A DNA stretch of 64,000 bases from a virus. Positions 61,727 to 64,000 of the stretch are shown piece by piece; position 1 is the stretch's first letter, and each line of letters opens with the position of its first letter. The notes beneath the pieces were generated by a model. The model saw only the letters and a list, made by a program, of their open reading frames with translations, had not been told where the DNA came from and ran no database searches. The stretch is taken from IMG/VR virus record IMGVR_UViG_3300036800_000031, positions 1-64,000 of that record, one strand, 5' to 3'. Made by a program: the position numbers and the translations under genes.

Positions 61727-64000
61727 CTACTTGCCGTGGGCGGCGTCAGCCGTCGCCCCGACCAGCGCCTTGCGGTTCGCGGCTTGCTGAGTCTGGATAG
61801 CGACCAGGGCTTTAAGGGAAGAAGCCGGGATGAGTCCGGACAGGTTCGTGGCGCTGAGCACTCCCTGGCCCATACTCATGTCGGGAGGCAGGAACGCCTG
61901 AGAACAGCGGCAGTTGATTACCTCATCCGGAGGAGCGGCCGGGTCGCCCGGAAATAGCATCGGCCACCCGCCGACGTAGAACGGTCGGCTGACGGGGACG
62001 GTCTGGCCGTCGGCAATTGCGTGGGTCGGGCGAACCCGGTCGTCATGGAGGCTGAGCCAAGCGTGGCTACCGACCGTTCCGTCGGGGAGCTTGGCGGCGT
62101 AGGCCTGGGCGGCTTGGTTCAAGCTGCCTACCGTCTCCGTCCGGGCGATCATTGCGGCCCGTACCGAGTCAGCCGTGTCGAAGATGTCGTTGATGTGCCC
62201 GGCGAGTTCGGTCGCTCCCTCACCCTCCACCACACCCTTCTGGATGGCGGCGTAGATGGCTTGGCGGGTGGTCTCGGTGATACCGGCGGCTTGGCGCTGG
62301 GCACGGACGGCCAGAATCTCGGTGACGTGGTGGAGGCTGTCCCCGTCGTCCAGGCTGACGGGGGCATTTACCTGACTCCTCACCCGGCCTCCGGCGACTT
62401 CCGCCGCCAGGGCGTAGTGCTGAGCGAGCGCCTTCTCCAGGGCGTTCTGCCAGAAGGTGGCGTCGAAAACGGCTCCAGGGTCAACCGCAGCGGCGGTAGC
62501 GCCCGCCAATACGTCAGCGTTGGCCGGATTGACCCCTGTAAGGCCACCTACGGCGCTAACGGAGCCGACCGGGGGAACGGGGCCACCGGCTTGTGCCGCC
62601 CGCTTCAGCATCGTTTTACCGCGCTTGCCGGTCAGGCGGCTGATCACGGCTTGGCGCTGCTTGGCGAAGTGGTCCTTCACCATCGCTTCCATGCCCGGCT
62701 CGATTTTCCGCTGATCGGTGGTGGATTGGCTCTTGGCGGCTTGGAGGTGACGGCGGTAGTTGCCTTTGACGTGCCCGGTGGGGACGTGCTCGTGGCCGAG
62801 CGGCCCGGCGTGGCGCTTTCCGGAGGTGGACCGGTGAACGGCGGCGGTGATCGGCTTTCCACACTGTTCACAGGAGGCCAGGTCGCTCCCGACGAACCGA
62901 TGCGTCTTCAAGACTCCGGCGATGGCGGCGTCTTCCTTTTTGTCCGGGCCGACCGGTAGGAGGGAACCGGCGTTGTCGGGGGTGGACTCGCCGATCATGT
63001 CTCGGAGGCGCAGAGCTTCCGCTTCGATTTGCTCCAAGGGGATGAACAGTTCCTGGTCTTCACGCTTGGTCAGCGTCAACGTGGGGGCACCGAACTGGTC
63101 CTTGCCCCAGGTGAACCCGGCCGGAGGCTTCTTGGCGGCGTATTGGGCACGGGCCGGAGCCGGGAGCTTGTTGATGGCGTTCGCCATTGCCTGGCTGCTC
63201 TTGGTCACCGGCATCTGAGCGGCGGCGCTGGCGGCTACCTGAGCGGCGGTAACCGTCGGAGACGGAGCGGCCGCAGAAGACGTTGAAGCCGCCGGGGCGG
63301 CGGAGGTGGAAGGGGCGGGGGTGGAGGGAGACCCGGAAGAGGATGTTGAGGGTGAGCTAGACGAGGTTGAAGCTGAGGTTGAAGTGGAGGTTGAGGAAGC
63401 CGGAGTGACCAGCGCCAACGACCAGCCCTTCGAACCACCATCGACCCACTGATGCCCGGCCGGGGGAGAAGTCGTTGACATAAGTTGCCGCTGGCTGGCC
63501 GGGAGGGCATTGATCGTGTTCGCCTTGGCTATCGACGCCTTAGACGCCGGAGTGGCCGAAGCTACCGCATGGCTGGCGGTGGCCTTTTGGGCGCTGGACA
63601 TATTTTGAGCGGTCACCTGGGTCAGTGTCGGGGAACCGTCGGCTCCCTTCCCCCAGGTGTATCCGGCGGGGGCGGCTCCGGTCGAGAGGGCCTGGCGCTG
63701 GTCAGCGGGGAGGGCATTGATCTTGATGGCTTTGGCGCTCGATCCGGCCGTGGCGGCGGAACTGGCGGTGAGAGCGGTCTGTGCTGACTTCTTGCTGGCA
63801 GCGGTCGCCTTGTTGGAGGCGGTGGTCTGAGCAGTTTGAGCCTTCTTTGCGGCGGCAGCAGCGGCCTTTTGAGCGGCGGCGGCTTTCGCAGCATTCGCCT
63901 TCACGGCGGCGGCGGCTTTCGCGGCCCCTCCGGCAGCAGCTTTGGCGGCTCCGGCCCCTAGTGCCGCCTGAACCCCGGCCAGTTGGCTCACGGTGAACTT
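61727..64000 (-). CDS. MuF (SPP1 gp7-like) minor head protein, 5' end beyond the window
   Basis: RAAMIARTET...W...DDRVRPTH...DGQ...FPGDP...INCRC; frame open to the right edge. Confidence 0.85.
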   Translation of the reverse strand, partial: KFTVSQLAGVQAALGAGAAKAAAGGAAKAAAAVKANAAKAAAAQKAAAAAAKKAQTAQTTASNKATAASKKSAQTALTASSAATAGSSAKAIKINALPADQRQALSTGAAPAGYTWGKGADGSPTLTQVTAQNMSSAQKATASHAVASATPASKASIAKANTINALPASQRQLMSTTSPPAGHQWVDGGSKGWSLALVTPASSTSTSTSASTSSSSPSTSSSGSPSTPAPSTSAAPAASTSSAAAPSPTVTAAQVAASAAAQMPVTKSSQAMANAINKLPAPARAQYAAKKPPAGFTWGKDQFGAPTLTLTKREDQELFIPLEQIEAEALRLRDMIGESTPDNAGSLLPVGPDKKEDAAIAGVLKTHRFVGSDLASCEQCGKPITAAVHRSTSGKRHAGPLGHEHVPTGHVKGNYRRHLQAAKSQSTTDQRKIEPGMEAMVKDHFAKQRQAVISRLTGKRGKTMLKRAAQAGGPVPPVGSVSAVGGLTGVNPANADVLAGATAAAVDPGAVFDATFWQNALEKALAQHYALAAEVAGGRVRSQVNAPVSLDDGDSLHHVTEILAVRAQRQAAGITETTRQAIYAAIQKGVVEGEGATELAGHINDIFDTADSVRAAMIARTETVGSLNQAAQAYAAKLPDGTVGSHAWLSLHDDRVRPTHAIADGQTVPVSRPFYVGGWPMLFPGDPAAPPDEVINCRCSQAFLPPDMSMGQGVLSATNLSGLIPASSLKALVAIQTQQAANRKALVGATADAAHGK

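Noticed and set aside
100-63996. Many long plus-strand ORFs (e.g. 38968-40251, 55022-56230, 59084-60172)
   Set aside because: Antisense shadows of high-GC minus-strand genes with no recognisable motifs.

Overview
A 64 kb segment of a high-GC tailed (siphovirus-type, HK97-fold) phage or prophage, probably infecting an actinobacterium. Almost all genes lie on the minus strand. In transcription order (right to left): a MuF-domain minor head protein cut by the window edge; a 2209-aa multi-enzyme protein (NUDIX, two ADP-ribosyltransferase-like domains, WGR-like, kinase-like) divided by a repeated LETR-DWKKWHEEHPY motif; the prohead protease; a glycosylation cluster; an array of about 37 tRNAs covering all 20 amino acids, mixed with HNH genes and several non-tRNA structured RNAs; major capsid, neck, tail, tape measure and minor tail genes; a GH25 endolysin and membrane proteins; two paralogous Gly-rich appendage cassettes; recombination and replication genes (exonuclease, ERF, initiator with iterons, DnaB-like helicase, RusA); and a ParB-TET/JBP-vWA-glycosyltransferase DNA modification locus. 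The strongest novel signals are: (i) HNH genes that have split resident tRNA-Trp and tRNA-Phe genes and carry recoded replacement tRNA sequence in their own 3' ends; (ii) CCA-ended non-tRNA RNAs with alanine identity, plus a circularly permuted YrlA-like RNA; (iii) a probable protease-processed polyprotein of virion-delivered effectors. All calls come from reading the sequence by eye; no database searches or folding programs were run.
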